Below, piece by piece: positions 1 to 12,923 of a DNA stretch of 64,000 nucleotides. The position numbers were made by a program, and so were the translations under genes. The stretch spans positions 164,014,827 through 164,078,826 of the forward strand of contig NC_068982.1 of assembly GCF_001194135.2 (NCBI RefSeq), read 5' to 3'. Numbering within the stretch: position 1 is the stretch's first letter; every line of letters starts with the position of its first letter. The notes beneath the pieces are model-generated. The model was not told the DNA's origin. It saw only the letters and a program-made list of their open reading frames with translations, and did not search any database. The stretch is from Octopus bimaculoides (Eukaryota).

Positions 1-24
1 AGCTTATTTATATCTAGCATTGTC

Positions 25-200
25 TCAGGCCACACATTTTGAAGTGGATACAGTCGATCAAATCAAAATGTGGTACTTCAGTAGTTATATATTTTATTGA
101 CCCTGAAATGAATTGTAAATTTGACTGCGGCTAGATTTGAAATCATAACGTAGAGGGCCAGAATTAAATATTGTCAGGCATTTTGCCCGACGCTCTAACT
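25..200 (-). mobile_element. Decayed SINE family A copy
   Basis: Degenerate match to the better-preserved family A copies (cagtcgatca...ttattgaccctgaaa...gcattttgcccgacgctctaac). Confidence 0.5.
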
Positions 201-259
201 TGTTATCTACCATTCTCCATATAATATAAATCACTATATAGAGAGAGTGTAGGTTTTAG

Positions 260-450
260 AATCAATAGCTCGACGAACAAAATTCATTGTGACATTTTAG
301 AAACACTCTTATATATTCTGAATTCATATCCCATTGAGGTTGACGATGTTACTCATCCTTCTGATGTTTATGAGGTAAGTACCAGTCAAGTATGTGGATG
401 TCTGAATGGATTATACCCTTTGCTAAAACTTGTGGTCTTGTGCGTGTATT
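260..450 (+). mobile_element. Decayed SINE family A copy
   Basis: ttctgaattcatatcccattgaggttgac...catcc...aagtaccagtcaagta...ggtcttgtgc follows the family A motif order. Confidence 0.45.
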
Positions 451-479
451 AGTACATAGCTTTAATAGGCTTAAAGCCA

Positions 480-1560
480 AACTTATATGTTTGTTTCTGT
501 ATGCGTAAATTTCTCACCAGTTCACCGGTGGTCCTTAGACCTTTTACAAGTATTTCATCTGCATTTCTTCGATAGACTAGATTAACGTAAGTAGCTGCGT
601 TTTAATTTCATTGTTGGTTTTATTTCTAGTTTTTATTCAATATTTATTTTAACCATCAGTTCCGAGGCTTTTATTTTCATTAGTTGCTAGATTCTTATTT
701 TCCTAATTTATTGTAGATTGCTTTGTATATCATAGTGCTTCATGGGAAGACAGTATTTCTAGGGCTTTCTCAAGCAGTTAAGAATGTTGAAGTTAATGTC
801 ATCAGTTTGCAAAGTCTACATTTCTTGTCAGTCAATGATTGTTATCTTTTCTAATAGAAGTTACATAGTTTTTATTGGTTCACTATCTTATTGTTTCATT
901 GAATTGCATACGCCAAGCTCTTCATGAAACCCATGGTATGTGAATTTTGTCTCAAGTAATTGTGTACCGTCTTTCCAGTAAACTGGTATATGATCTATTT
1001 TTGTTTTCGTTGTTGTTATACTCCCTGAATGCTCCCTGAAGAGAAGTAAGTCTTAATTTTCATATCGTTCCTCAAGTTCGTTAGCTATGCTTAAAATGTT
1101 AAAGCGTCCATGTACTTATGCAAGGTATTGTTGAACTCCTTTCTACTAAAGATGTTTCAGTGTTATAAAATGGCACCTATATGATGTTATAACAGATTAA
1201 AGTCCCAAACGCGCGGGAAATATTGTCGTCTGCATAATTATGGATGTTAAAAAAGTTTCAATAATACTGAGCAATATCCGAGTTCTTACTAATTGTCCAA
1301 ATAAAGTTATGAATCAAGATAAACACCGAAAATTTGTTGTGTGTGCTGAGAGTCCAAATAAATATTTTGTTTTCATTCTTTCGTATTTCTTTCTTATCCT
1401 CTGCTTGCTAATGAGTCCATAACATCTAACACTCTCATTCATCTTGTTCACACATTTGTATCGTGAGGTTGAGTTGGATGAATATTTACTGAAATTGTTA
1501 TTCATTCATTCATGAATAAATCTACGATCGAAAGTGTTCTAAATCTCGTTGTTTTCCTTT
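480..1560 (-). mobile_element. Fossil R4/Dong-like (REL-endonuclease) non-LTR retrotransposon, 3' part
   Basis: Frameshifted minus-strand translation gives FPARLGL*SV (about 1190-1220, LYLPRxxGGRGL-like), KCRLCK (806-826, zinc knuckle), KAIYNKLG and GELVRNL..YKF (506-526), in the order expected for the C-terminal half of R4-clade ORFs. Confidence 0.55.
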
Positions 1561-2092
1561 TTCAAATAGTTTATCGAGGAGTACATTATTCAATGTGCCA
1601 TTTTTTAAAAGACGTTAGGGTATCATATGAGTGAGAGTTGTTCAATATTTCTAGCTGATTATACAATTACAGTGACTTTCTCACTGGCTTGGATCTGTTA
1701 TTGTTTTAGGCGTTGAAGCGGTATTCATACGAAAATGTGTGCATATTGTGTTTTGGTTATAATACAACATTTCATTCATGTCTGGTATAATGGTTTCACA
1801 TTTATTTTCAGTGTACAATATTACTTGTGAAAAACTGAAATATTCTTGTTTCAGATTTTGAAATATTCGTTTAGTGTCTTGTTAATTTGTTTTATTTTTC
1901 CTGTGGAATAAAACATGCCTGAGGCTTCTCTTTGAAATATTTAAGGAATCTTCATTATGTAGTAACGTATTTGTAAAAAATAAATTTTAGCTATATTATG
2001 GGACGAATTTCCTATATTTCCGGAGAGGCAGTAGCTTTCAAACCTACAATGTCACAAGAGTATGATATAAATATGCTGTCTTCTTATATCGA

Positions 2093-2430
2093 AGGCACAT
2101 GGCTCAGTGGTTAGAGCGTCGGGCTCACAGTCATGAGATAGTGAGTTCGATTCCGGGACCGGGCTGTATGTTGAATTCTTGAGCAAGACACTTTATTTCA
2201 TGTCCCTCCAGTTCACTCAACTGTAGAAATGAGTTGCGACGTTACTACTGCCAAGCTGTACCGGCATTTCCCTTTCCCTTGGATAACACCGGTGGCATGG
2301 AGAGGGGAAGCTGGTATGCATGTGCTACTGTTGGTCTTCCATAAACAACCTTGCCTGGACTTGTGCCTCGGAGATAAACTTTCTAGATTAATCCCATGGT
2401 CATTCATAACCGAAGGTGGGGTCTTAACTG
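2093..2430 (+). mobile_element. tRNA-derived SINE family C, near full length
   Basis: A box TGGCTCAGTGG, B box GAGTTCGATTCC, CORE-like ttgagcaagacactt; a second copy lies inverted at 60130-60453; candidate 8-bp TSD tcttatat at 2082-2089 and 2437-2444. Confidence 0.8.
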
Positions 2431-3419
2431 ACTTACTCTTATATTAAATCAATGAAAAGTTAGCTTGTCGTTATGATACCCGTTTTCTTTTCATCCTCAG
2501 ACTGTAGAAAAAATTGTACACTGTTATTGAACTGAATAGTTAGTAAGTCCGTACCTACATTACCATGGAACACGGTTCTCGAAGACTGAATTGATCTAAA
2601 TCAACCGAAGTGGAAATTGAACTCAGTGCTTATAGGTATAAGAGGTAAATCTGAAAGGACTCAGTCTAGCTCCTTACTTTCTTTTCCTAGTCTTACATTC
2701 GACTCACACAGACATACATACGCATGCACAAACATCTACAAATATATATCATCACTAGTATCTGAAAATAAAATACACCTGCTGATTGTAAAACAAACAT
2801 TTGCAGATTAAAAATCAAACAAACGTGCTAGACATAACTCTTTGCCCATAATTGATGTATCTTCTTTTATAATGTAACTCTTAGCTTTCTTTTTGTTAAG
2901 TCTGAAGCAAACAGAATGACATAAGATTCCAGGAGAAACTCAGTGACACGAAGAAAGAAAAATTAGAAACCCTTTTCTCAACCTCAGTTGCAAATATATG
3001 AAATTATCTGAATGTAGTTAGATGTTATACGTAAAATAGATTTATTGATTAAATTCAAACTTTGTTTCCATGAAGAAAGTTGTATTTTTATGTTAGAAAT
3101 TGTCTAAAGTTATTATTTTTTTTTGAGTCTTTGGAGGAAATTATTTGTTAGATCTTATAATAAAATTCTAACAACAAAGAAATTTAACATAAAATAAAAA
3201 TATTACCCTGCGTTATAAAAAAAAGTTAAAACAAACCAAAAACAAATAGATTCATAGATAAATAGTTGTCGAAAAAATAAAATAAACATTTGCTTATCTT
3301 AAATTTGGCCAAAATATCTCATGTAAACGATGTATTATCAATCCTTAGCTACACAGTATAGTGAAATTGAGTAAAGTAGGTTTAATCTAAATTTGAAATT
3401 ACAATTGTTTTTCTTTCAG

Positions 3420-3600
3420 ACACAAAGCGATATTTTAAAGGAAGAACATTGTAGATTTTATCGATTCCAGTACATTATTGCTATTTATTTATCAAATGGT
3501 AAGAGATGAAAAAAGACAAAGTCAATTCCGGAATCTTTTCAGCTCACAAAGTAGAAGAGCGAATCTAAATACCGTACTTCGTTAGTCCGACGTTACTGTC
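3420..3600 (-). mobile_element. Decayed SINE family A copy
   Basis: ttatcgattccagtac...tttatttatc...gatgaaa..acaaagtcaa motif order. Confidence 0.45.
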
Positions 3601-4879
3601 TCAGTTTCTTTTCACCGCTATATATTTGATCTATCGGTTTCTTTATGTCTTGGCAAAAATATCATATATTTTTAAAGAGAGGATAGAAATAGAATTTTAT
3701 TCTTTTTAGCAAGAGTATTTACAGCAGAAGTAAAGTGAACTTGCATTGATCAGAACTAAGAACTGAATCACAGGCTCGGTTTGTGATAGTATAAATTCAA
3801 TATTAATTCTGTCTCTCTTCTGTAAATATAGAGATTTTTCCTTAGAAAAGGTGTGGCCAATAGATTCAGTCTAACTACCCTGCTGCTACTTATCATCTCT
3901 TTAGGAAAGTTTCTTGTATAATTTGAATATAAAAGGTGGTGGAATATATCTGTTGTAGATAATTTAGTCAAGTGTTCTACTATTCCTGCTAAGTTCATAT
4001 TTTTAGGGAAGTCGAAATGTAGTGTAGCGTTTGACATCATTTCTACATTCTGAATACAAATTAAATTAGTGTCAACGTTGCCTTTCAAGATACTACGTGT
4101 ATCTGGTATATAGTCAAAACAAACAACCTGCAAATTTGTTATTCTATGACAATGTGAGAAACCGATATTTAAAGAGAGAAAGAGTGGTTGTTAGAAGAAA
4201 TTCTGGAGTGCCAGAAAAAATACCTCGGGATATTGAGTTACGTTATTTTCTATTCCAAATCAGCTCTAACCAAGGATAATATTGATTATCAACCCTAAAT
4301 AAAATAGTACCAGTAATATGTCGAGTCGATTTAATTTAATGTGCCCTCTCGTATAAATCTTGCACCAAAATAAAAACTTAATTGAGAGATCACGAGTTAG
4401 TGGACTTCCATACAGAGCACTCGGCCTGCTGAGGAAGTAGGACAAACTGCATAATGTAATCCTAAACATACTGGGAATAAAAAAACAAAACAAACAAACA
4501 TGATCATGATTACGTATGCTCAATTGATGCTTGATAATAACAAATATTACAGAAAGTAGAATACCTCTCTCACTTTGTTTTCATCTGCCATGAGATAAAT
4601 GGATCGATTTATTATTCAAAACTTTGCTCTGAATACATTATAATTTTTATTTAGTAGCATAGCTTAAGTCCTACACTTATCAGGTCAAATCTCTGCAGCC
4701 AATTCTACGCAAAATCTCCTTTTACAACATTTTATTTTTATCTTTCAGGCAAAACATTACTTTTTTTCGACAAGAAGGGATATTATTTTTACTTCATTGC
4801 GTGAATTAACAGTCAATTTTTCCCCAATATGATATATTACCGTCTTAAGTGAGTACACATTGGATTTAGGAGACGTAAG

Positions 4880-5040
4880 GGTGGCTGGATAGAGAAGCGC
4901 TAGATGGAATTCACCATCTTGATAAAAAGGAAAAAGCAGGACACATTGAATAATGTAGTCTTAGATATATTATGTGTGACTAAAATACAAGATGGCCACG
5001 TTTAGGACGTTGAAAAGCTTTTGAACATAGATCTGTCCAA
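4880..5040 (-). repeat. Interspersed repeat family D fragment
   Basis: Reverse complement shares actacattat(c/t)ca...ttttt..agatgg with the copies at 1570-1660, 6150-6330 and 34090-34290. Confidence 0.45.
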
Positions 5041-6149
5041 TTAAAACTGACTTGAAGCTAAAGGCTAAGAACATTTGTAGCAATATCACACTTTCTTCCC
5101 GGCCAATAAAGACCAATATTGTATTATAATGTTTCCCTCTCAGCTGAGTTCATGGTTAAGTTTCGATTAATGTTTGAATAAAAGATTCTCAGTGGGAAAT
5201 CTAACTTCAGTTTTGAAATAGCAGACATTCAATTCGATATTCAACGTGACCTATTCGATAATATAAGTGTATTTTCTCTACTTTTATATTCTTGACATAG
5301 GTGTTAAAGTATTGAAATATAGATTTCTAAAATAGCCTCAGTTCTATTTTGATATGAGGGGGGATAGGGATGGACGTCGATTAAGATCGACTCCCAGGAG
5401 CTAACTGTTACTTATTGCATTGTAGAAAAAGCAACGTCGAGTTATCAGAGGCATTTGAAATGAGAGCATGGTAATATTGAAATGAAACATGGTAATATTA
5501 ATTAAAACTTTTGCAGAAACATTTGAATTACGGAAGAAACGCCTTGTCATTTTCAATTCTGTACTTTTATGCTCTGAATTTCTTATCAAGGTTGACTTTA
5601 CCTTTCTTTCCTACAGTAGCAGTAACATATATACTAGTCGATTACTAAGTCACTTTCATCGATTATACTTTTTCCCAAGTCTGAGACTTTGTGCCTATTA
5701 AAAAAACTTATTCTCCCAAAAGTATCAATAGCATAGTATTTTGTTAAACAATGATTTTCTATATTTATAAAAACACTTTCTTTGTACTCACAGCATGCAA
5801 TTACTTGGTTGAAATGATAAAATATCCATCACTGTAAGTGTATAATACTGTACTGTAACTATTGGTCAGAAATCAAGTAGCATTTTGGTCTGTCGATTTC
5901 CTGCGCTTGTTGTTTTACATATACGGTTTGCTTTCTATTTTATTTTTCAGGAATAACCACTGATGTTACTTAGCTCCAGTATTTGTAAATCACCCACACG
6001 AGAATTATCTAACATTTTGGTCTGAATTCCTCAATTGAGGAAAAGTTTCAATTTTCATCCTAGGATTGATTTCCCATGACATACTAGTTATTCTTATTTT
6101 TTACTTTTAGTATTCTTGCTTTTAGTCCCAGGTTAGACATAATTAAACA

Positions 6150-6330
6150 GATCTCTTATCCAAGGTGTTCTACTTACGACCACCCCATCTTTTATTTAAA
6201 AAAACACACTCTATATAAGACAGTATTATCCAAAGTGCGTATTTAAACGCTAGTGAGTTATTTGAGTGACGCAGATTCAACTGCTATTTCTAGCAGATCG
6301 AATGATCATACAGAGTTCCCCGAATCTTGC
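6150..6330 (+). repeat. Interspersed repeat family D fragment
   Basis: tattatccaaagtg...tttgagtga...ctgctatttctagcag shared with the 1570-1660, 8270-8345 and 34090-34290 copies. Confidence 0.45.
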
Positions 6331-6879
6331 CGACGCAGTGAATACGGATTTCCTCAACCTCCTTAGAAACATACTTAGATTCATTTAGTTTCCTCTCAAT
6401 TTCGTCCGTTTCCTATCTTTGCAAGATTTCACTTGGTATTAATCAAAGGGAAAACTTACCTTCAAGTTTTTAATATGCTTATGCATTTCTATTAATTATA
6501 CTTAATTTTGTTGCCATTTTACTTTAATATAGGTATATAGAATTTTGTATCATAAAAAATGTTTATTTTATCTCTTTATGGTATTTCCAATATTTCACTG
6601 AATGTTCTTTCTGAGTAGCTGTTGTACATTTATTTTGAAAAACATTAGACTTTTTATATATTGAATGTGATCATATTCTCCTGCTATGCAAAGAAATAAT
6701 TTATGATTATATGTTTCTAAGGAGGTGGATTCAAAATGACATTATTTCATATATTTTATTAACTTAGTTTCTACTTATTTCCTTTCTCTACTCCCCTTCT
6801 TCTTTTTTCTTCGTTACCTTCAATGTATGGTCCTGTGCTTATGTAATAAATCATTATTATAGAGGAGAATCGTTAAAGC

Positions 6880-7600
6880 ATCAGGCAAAATAATTTTCTG
6901 TATTTGTTCCGGCTCTGTACATGTTGAGTTCAAATCTCGCTTTGGTCTATTTTGCCTTTCGTCCTTCCACAGTCAATAAAATAAAGCACTAGTCAAGTAC
7001 GGAAGGTCGATGTATTTGACTTCTCTTCAATATTACTGGCCTTGTAAAGCGGCGAGATGGCAGAGTCGTTAGCTCAGTGGAATTTTGTCCGTCTTAGCGT
7101 TCTGAGTTTAAATTCCACTGAGGTCGACTTTGGCTTTTATCCTTTGGGGGCCGATAAAATATCTACCACTTGAGCACTGGAGTCGATTAAATCGACTTAC
7201 TCTCTTTCTCCGGAATTTCTGGTCGTTTGCCAAAATTTGAAACAGGACTTGTGCTTAAATAAAGAATTATTAGAATGTCTAGCAAAATGCGTTGCTGCAT
7301 TTAGTTAAGTCGACTTAGTACTTCTTTTTCCAGAGTCGATAAAACTAATTTCATTTAAGTGTGGTGCTCTATATAATCGACTGTTCCCATGTAACAAACT
7401 TCTGATCTAGGTACAAGGCTAGCAGTTTTTGAAGAAAGTGGGATTAGTCGATACCATGAACCCCAGTGTTTGACTCCTACTATATCTTTTGGCACCGAAA
7501 GCATGATTGATCTTGGCAAAATTGAAGTGCATAAGAAATATTGCAAAGTATTTCTTCCGATACCATAATGATTCTGCTAACTCGCCGCCTCTGCCTTTTT
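6880..7600. mobile_element. Cluster of SINE family A copies in both orientations
   Basis: Best copy at 7046-7250 (+): gcggcgagatggcagagtcgttagc...ctgagtttaaattcc...gaggtcgactttg; minus copy at about 7400-7590. Confidence 0.75.
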
Positions 7601-7689
7601 CATTATTAAATTTGGGGAAATTTTTTAAATAACTGTGCTTATTCACTGTAAGATGAGGTATTTTTCGATGTTATTATTATTAGTGTTCA

Positions 7690-7760
7690 GGTCACTGCTT
7701 GGAATCGAACTCGGAATCTTAGTGTTAGTGGTCCGCGCTCTTAACCACTACGCCATATGG
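7690..7760 (-). promoter_or_regulatory. tRNA-like internal Pol III promoter in the PLE 3' region
   Basis: A box TGGCGTAGTGG (7745-7755) and B box GAGTTCGATTCC (7701-7712) at tRNA-like spacing; the T stem and acceptor stem do not close, so it is not a tRNA gene. Confidence 0.7.
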
Positions 7761-7784
7761 CAATTATAGAGTGAATTTTAGGGT

Positions 7785-8000
7785 TTATAAATCTAATATT
7801 TTTCTATCCTTCCTTAATACTGGTTCCCATATGCTGCTCATATCTGCACTCGGTCTGCTTAGGAGATTGTTTTGTCCTAGCATATGTGCTGCTTCCTTTA
7901 GTCTTCGTATTTTCCAGTGGTGTTCGCTGTCTATTATTTTAACTTCATCCCACAGGGGAACGTGGTCTCCATTTGTCCATACATGATCAGCTATATGATC
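7785..8000 (-). pseudogene. C-terminal fragment of a Penelope-type GIY-YIG endonuclease
   Basis: IADHVW..DHVPLWDEVKIIDSEHHWKIRRLKEAAHM..NNLLSRPSADMSSIWEPVL matches the PLE endonuclease tail pattern (A.H.W..H...W....I...E..W..R..KEA..I....N.......W.P.L). Confidence 0.8.
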
Positions 8001-8040
8001 ATACCTTAGGAATGAGAAGCCAGGTTCGACATTTCCCCAA

Positions 8041-8086
8041 GACACCTGAAGAAGTCTGGAGGGTATATCAGCCGAAACGTTATGTT
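8041..8086 (+). ncRNA. Minimal type I hammerhead ribozyme motif with two helix mismatches
   Basis: GACAC-CUGAAGA-a-GUCUG(loop)CAGCC-GAAAC-GUU-AUGUU: conserved core, stem II, palindromic AACGUU stem III, stem I. Confidence 0.7.
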
Positions 8087-9054
8087 AACAACAAACAAGG
8101 TGAGGACAAATATCCGTTGAATGTAAATAATGAACTGTGCTTATTGCTGTTACTGCCGTTATTCATGATTAGTTTAGGGCCGGAGCAGCTGTGTGGTTAG
8201 TCATTGGAACAACAGTGTAACATCCGTAACCATGACGTACATTTTATATATCAGGGATGATATTATTTAATGCTTTCCTTCTTAATTAAGGCAGCCGGAT
8301 GTGATTTGGCGGAAATCTTGTTATTTCTAGTAATCGAGATGTCATGCTGATGATCTGTCGATTGTTAATGACTAAGGTGTGTATCATACGTTATATCAGT
8401 TATATCACTTGTGATACCAAACACACGCAACACGTGAATTTTAAAACGAACAAAACAATCAACAATAGAGGGCAATAAATAGTAAAACAAGATTTAAAAA
8501 AAAAGGAATAAAAACAAGAATTTCTCTTTTAGAATTTTTTCAAAATTGTTCACGTTTCAAGAGAGCATCAGAAAACGTTGCCACTCCTTCAACAGAGGAA
8601 CATTACAAACAAAAAAAATATAAAAGAGTAACGAAAGCTTTATTTATTTATGTGTTTATTTATCTATCTATTTCTTTACATCTGCAAGACTTTATTTCAA
8701 TAATTTCTTTTAACAAATGACAAAATGCAAGCTCAGTAATAATAGATCTTGCCTTTCAGGAACAAACAGTATTTTCAAAAATGCTTTTCAGTTTCTTCTT
8801 GTCTTCCCAGCATGCATTGTGCGTTGTGAGCTTTTCAAAAAATCAAAAAAATCTAAAAAAGAAAGAAAGAAAAAAAAGCATTGTGCATTTGGAAGTTGTG
8901 GCTTCAAGGGTAAGAAGTATGTGAAAGTCAATTGGAGTGGTTGCCATGTCAAAACTGGTAATTAACCATTAAAACTAAGAACTAACAACGAAACAATGGC
9001 ACGAGTCGACATGATAAACAAATGTATGTACATATGCTTATATGCATGTTCCCA

Positions 9055-9304
9055 TATAATTATGTATGTATGTATGTATGTATGTAAGTATGTATGTATG
9101 TATGTATGTATGCATGTACGTACGTACCTATGTATATATGTATGCATGTATGTATGTATGTAAGTATGGCATGTATATATGTATACATGTATGTATGTAT
9201 ATTTGTACATCGACACGTGTAATTTGTTTGTGATCTTACGTATGCGTGAATGCTTATATATAGATGCGGGTTTCAATATATGCATATATTTAAGTATATG
9301 TGCA

Positions 9305-9356
<52 letters not shown>
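9055..9356. repeat. (TATG)n degenerating into (TA)n microsatellite
   Basis: Directly visible; abuts the N gap. Confidence 0.95.
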
Positions 9357-9555
9357 NNNNNNNNNNNNNNNNNNNNNNNNNNNNNNNNNNNNNNNNNNNN
9401 NNNNNNNNNNNNNNNNNNNNNNNNNNNNNNNNNNNNNNNNNNNNNNNNNNNNNNNNNNNNNNNNNNNNNNNNNNNNNNNNNNNNNNNNNNNNNNNNNNNN
9501 NNNNNNNNNNNNNNNNNNNNNNNNNNNNNNNNNNNNNNNNNNNNNNNNNNNNNNN

Positions 9556-9590
<35 letters not shown>

Positions 9591-9879
9591 GTGCGCACAC
9601 ACACACACTTATACACCTTTATGCATGTGTGTGTGTGAGTTTGTGCGTAAATACTGAAATATAAGCATGTAAGTCCATAATGAAAATAATATGCATTTAT
9701 ATATAAACACACACACATACATATATACATATACACAAGACTTTTAGAAAAAAATCATACATGTATATAACATTTGCATGAAAGTATGCGTGTGTCCGTG
9801 TGAATGTTTTTACGTTATTTCCATACGTGTGTGTACAGTTGTGTAAAATAAGCAAAATTTAGTCAGAAGAAGAAAAAAA

Positions 9880-10200
9880 TAAAACAACGAAAAGGATTCT
9901 TGATAGCTCCATTGAAATGTCATTCTGTCGATATGATGGTTTTGTGATGGTAGTTGTACTTGTGTCTTTTTTGTCTTTATATCACGTTATACCATGTAGC
10001 TTCTCAAGCATTTGCAATGAAAAGGAATTCTCATATTCCATCTTACCTACCCTTGTGTACATTGCTTAGGAAGTGTCGCTGTTATATTTTGTTCGGTATT
10101 TTTTTGGTCTTTTCTTCTATTTAAGTTTTGTCTGGATGGAATCATACTTCAACTGAATGTCTAAAATAGAGTATTTAGTTTCATTATTGACACTTTCGCT
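9880..10200 (-). mobile_element. Possible fossil PLE GIY-YIG fragment
   Basis: Minus strand gives EKLHGIT followed by KPSYRQNDISMELSR, resembling YIG.T...HK.SFR....TELSK; heavily decayed. Confidence 0.35.
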
Positions 10201-11141
10201 AACATAATGTTTTGCATTTTTTCCCCCTTCCAGTAAAAAGAATCTCGATATTGAACAAAAGTGAAAACAATTTTATTCTTTAAATGCATTTATTCTGTTT
10301 TTATTTTTTTTATCTTTTCAGATATTTTTCTCCTCTTTTCTTTTCTTTTCTTTCGATTACTCTCGATAACAACATCTCGTTCTCTCGTCACCAGACACAT
10401 TTTAACATTCAACCTTTGATTGGCATTGATTGGGTAGATCTGTAAAATTGCTTTTTTTAACGTCTCCTTTTTATTATCTTCGTTATTTGTTCAGCTTTCC
10501 TTTGCTAACCCGATATATACCTAAAAGCAGTTTCCTTTTCTTTTTTTTTTTCATGTTTCTTGACCCTCCTCCACCATTCCATTTATCATCCATTATCCTT
10601 TCAAAATATTTACTAATTCTAATAATCTATTTCCATTACATATACATAAATGCTTCCCCGCCGCCTTATTTTACCCAGGGGACCAATAATTATTCCGTCG
10701 CAACAATTCTTCAAGTTCGAATAAAGAGTCATATTAATTCAAAAGTTGTCAACATCAACAGACAGTCTGGCGTTCGCTGCGCAATTATATACTGTAAAGG
10801 CTCTCCTCATAGCAGCTTAGTTGTGACCCAGTTTCTGAAGTTCCCGATTGTAACATTTTCAATTTACTTTGGACAATAATATACCTTTGCAAAGTATAGA
10901 CCTCACAATTTCCACCGAAATCCATATAGTTGATAATCCTCTGATCGATATGCCTACACGCAGACACAGAAACGCATACACGCATAGATGCATGTATATA
11001 TAACATAACAGAGAGAGTTGTCTTCTCTTTTTTACCCTAGAAGAAAAGTAAAATAATTCGTTTTTGCTATATATAAATTTTCTAGTCCACTGTCATAACA
11101 TATGCAATGCAATATACGTAGAATATATACCTATTCAGCAA

Positions 11142-11142
<1 letters not shown>

Positions 11143-11196
<54 letters not shown>

Positions 11197-11213
11197 CATT
11201 TGTTTATCCATCC

Positions 11214-11280
<67 letters not shown>

Positions 11281-11300
11281 ACTGCACACACACATACACA

Positions 11301-11370
<70 letters not shown>
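11143..11370. repeat. Compound microsatellite (ATCT)n-(CA)n-(TA)n
   Basis: Directly visible. Confidence 0.97.
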
Positions 11371-11737
11371 AATGGCATCTATATCTATCTAGACAATAGA
11401 CTATGTTTATTCGAAACATGTACACTGTCTATTAATCGATTTGGTTCTCATCAGTAATGCATTTCTATTTGGATTTCACAGTTATGTGAATGAAATACCA
11501 TATAAAATTCCAATAGAATATAGTCTTCTCTTCTTTTACTAGTTATATTCATTGAAATGCGTCCATGCTGGAGCACCGATTTCAATGATATTATGTGATT
11601 ATATTTACCCTATACTTCGATACAAGAGAAAATTTGGTAGAAACGGACATCACCCACACGTCTCTAAATACAAAATTGTATTTCTGTTCAACGTACTAAT
11701 TTCGCTCGGCCATCTCACACCTACGTGTGTGTGTGTT

Positions 11738-11792
<55 letters not shown>

Positions 11793-12794
11793 ATCTGAGT
11801 GCGTTTATGTGCATGCAGTTGAGCGTAAGTCATATTTATTGAAGCTGACACATAACTTTGATTTACGCCTCCAATCCTGATAAAAAAAAAGTGCTACAAG
11901 AAATCTGTTATTTGAAATGTATATATTTATGAAGATAAGAACAAAATGAAAGCTTTTGATTGGGTGCAGAAGAATAATTGAAAAGTTTAAACTATCATAA
12001 AAGATAAAGCAATAAAGAAAGTATAGTTATGAAAAGTGAAATGTAAATGAATAAAAAGCAGTGTGTCTGTGAGGGAGACTTCTGCATTTGGATTCACTGC
12101 TTAATTGTATCTAAAGCAGTAATGGAGGGAAGCAGTGACACATAGATGAATTTTAAAATATATATCTAAATAGGTAGAAGCATCGGCTGCGAACTTACGG
12201 TTAAGTAAATATAATAACATTGTGGAGTGAACAGGAATCTTTCCTGAGAAGAAAAACTGAATGAACAAAAGGCTTTATCGTAATGGAACAATGGGGGAGG
12301 TGGAAGAAGGAAACTGGAATATTATATACGGTTTGTCGTGCGTTCTAGCACCGGCATAATTACAGTTAATTTCAGGATTAAAAAGATGAATCTTGATGTT
12401 TTGATGATGCTGTTACTGGTTTCCGTAAACTCTAAACAGAACTAAAGTAGTTGGTAAACTAATAATGATTAATGTGCAAGTAGTATGCGAAATATGTCGC
12501 TGAGAGAAATAATACTGTTTTTGACAGGAGAATAAAGAGCGGATGTGCTTACTAGTGCAAATAACTAAACTGCAAAGGCATTTCGTTATCTTACCCCTCA
12601 CCTTGTTAACAAAGATGGGATATGCTTTGACATATTCAATGGGTGGGAACCAGCACTAAATGATAACATTATTCTTCGACAGAAGATGACTGCTTAGTTG
12701 TACTCTGCAAACATATGAAGCAATCCTTTAGATTTATGCAAAATTGAATGTAAAAACAGATATCAATACATATATGTATACACAAACACACACA

Positions 12795-12841
<47 letters not shown>

Positions 12842-12923
12842 ACAAACACACACACATATATATACTACACACATATATATATATACATAGAAGCACGCAC
12901 ACACATATATATTTATTTATTTA

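Larger units (their letters stand above)
7644..8132. mobile_element. Penelope-like element insertion with 5' inversion, bounded by a 13-bp TSD
   Basis: aactgtgcttatt at 7631-7643 and 8133-8145; minus-strand GIY-YIG C-terminus plus tRNA-like segment; plus-strand pLTR end with hammerhead; atacct present at both breakpoints (7656-7661 as reverse complement, 8001-8006). Confidence 0.85.

Noticed and set aside
6340-6490. Perfect minus-strand donor AAG/GTAAGT at 6460 and a short protein-like frame nearby
   Set aside because: No convincing acceptor or coherent reading frame; isolated donors are expected by chance.
7690-7760. Possible tRNA gene
   Set aside because: A and B boxes are present, but the T stem and acceptor stem do not pair and it lies within a TSD-bounded retroelement.
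8962-9736. Long ORFs such as MCVCARTHTH.../YIYIYI (also near 11064, 14742, 23456, 32886, 40658, 44916, 46468, 57846)
   Set aside because: Translations of dinucleotide or tetranucleotide microsatellites and N runs, which lack stop codons.
10676-10879. Possible exon after ttttacccag within the 149-aa ORF
   Set aside because: The first half of the ORF is a T-rich low-complexity tract; no donor or recognisable domain in the rest.
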